Source of the DNA: an uncultured Acidobacteriota bacterium
GTDB taxonomy: Bacteria > Acidobacteriota > Polarisedimenticolia > J045
DNA length: 64,000 nucleotides
Direction: 5' to 3'
NCBI GenBank assembly: GCA_963702425.1
Contig: CAVPCQ010000006.1
Coordinates: 96,001-160,000, forward strand
Positions 63,395-64,000 of the stretch are shown piece by piece. The notes beneath the pieces were generated by a model. That model was not told the origin of the DNA, did no database searches, and saw only the letters and a list, made by a program, of their open reading frames with translations. The translations under genes were made by a program, and so were the position numbers. Numbering within the stretch: position 1 is the first letter of the stretch; each line of letters opens with the position of its first letter.

Positions 63395-64000
63395 GCGCCC
63401 CGGTCTTCCCGCTCGAGGCGGCGCGGGAGGCGGTGGCGCGCGCGCTCGACGAGGATCTCGGCCCGGGAGGGGACATCACGACGCGCGCCGTCGCCGGGAG
63501 CGGCGGGCACGCCGTGGCGGAGATCGTCGCGCGCGAGCCGCTCGTGGTCGCCGGGCTTCCGCTGGTCCCGCTGGTGTTCGAGGAGATGACTCGCCGCACG
63601 GGTCTCCCTTCGCGCGTCACGCTTCATATTCCCGATGGGACCGCGGTGGCTGCCGGCACGGCGCTCGCAACCGTCGAGGGGCCCCCGGCGGTCGTGCTCG
63701 GGGGGGAGCGCGTGGCGCTCAACTTCCTCGGCCGCCTCGCCGGGATCGCGACGCTGACCGCGGAGGCCGTCCGCGAGGTCGCGGGGACCGGCGCGCGCGT
63801 CTCCGATACCCGCAAGACGACTCCCGGGCTGCGCGCGCTCGAGAAGTACGCCGTGGCTGCCGGCGGCGGCGAGAACCACCGGCCGACGCTCGACGCGATG
63901 GTCCTCCTGAAGGACAACCACAAGCTGATCGCGGGGGGGATCCGGGAGGCGCTGCGGCGCACCGAGGCCGCCGGCTACCCCGCGCGGGAAGTCGAGGTGG
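63391..64000 (+). CDS. nadC: Nicotinate-nucleotide pyrophosphorylase (carboxylating), partial at the window edge
   Basis: Manual translation: ALDEDLG..GDITT, GERVALNFL, DTRKTTPGLRALEKYAV..GGG.NHR, LLKDNH. Confidence 0.94.
   Translation, partial: MSAPVFPLEAAREAVARALDEDLGPGGDITTRAVAGSGGHAVAEIVAREPLVVAGLPLVPLVFEEMTRRTGLPSRVTLHIPDGTAVAAGTALATVEGPPAVVLGGERVALNFLGRLAGIATLTAEAVREVAGTGARVSDTRKTTPGLRALEKYAVAAGGGENHRPTLDAMVLLKDNHKLIAGGIREALRRTEAAGYPAREVEV

Noticed and set aside
60103-63921. Very long antisense or alternate-frame ORFs (also 19739-22690, 32533-34884, 47753-49588 and others)
   Set aside because: Shadow ORFs opposite well-supported genes, expected from stop-codon scarcity at high GC; no recognisable motifs.
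60712-64000. ValS-NadC read-through fusion
   Set aside because: Removing one G near 63329 restores the ValS C-terminal helix and an ATGA stop/start overlap at 63391-63394.

Overview
A very GC-rich bacterial chromosome segment; gene content and synteny suggest Acidobacteriota or a related diderm lineage (inference). The housekeeping backbone holds an incomplete regulatory PTS cluster (hprK-rapZ-EIIA-ptsH-ptsI), surE-pcm, acyP-apt, ssb, dtd-xerD-accA, mazG, dnaK-hsp20-sigma70-DnaC-like ATPase, lptC/A-lptB-rpoN-hpf, a two-subunit B12 acyl-CoA mutase, a RomR-like response regulator, valS, nadC and three tRNAs (Pro-GGG, Pro-CGG, Arg-CCT). An accessory block follows each tRNA-Pro. The first carries a MacAB-like ABC exporter, a DUF4097 protein, a GTAG REP doublet, an Rrf2-sufCBDSU-sufT operon and a giant Kelch/Cys-Asp repeat protein. 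The second carries a cysK remnant, a giant beta-helix/Cys-Asp repeat protein and a CusCBA-type heavy-metal efflux operon. About 14 apparent single-base frameshifts, including in valS and dnaK, look like long-read assembly errors rather than pseudogenes. The strongest leads are: (1) a secreted Cys-rich leader ORF whose last codons are exactly complementary to the Shine-Dalgarno region of the Cus operon; (2) a ~95-aa C-terminal domain ending in Cys-Pro shared by two otherwise different giant secreted proteins; (3) an archaeal-type GAPDH-like gene missed by the ORF track; (4) isobutyryl-CoA-mutase-type specificity residues in the mutase; (5) a TPR/Zn-finger plus DUF4388-MshEN-pseudopilin membrane module. 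No CRISPR array, integrase or transposase was seen.
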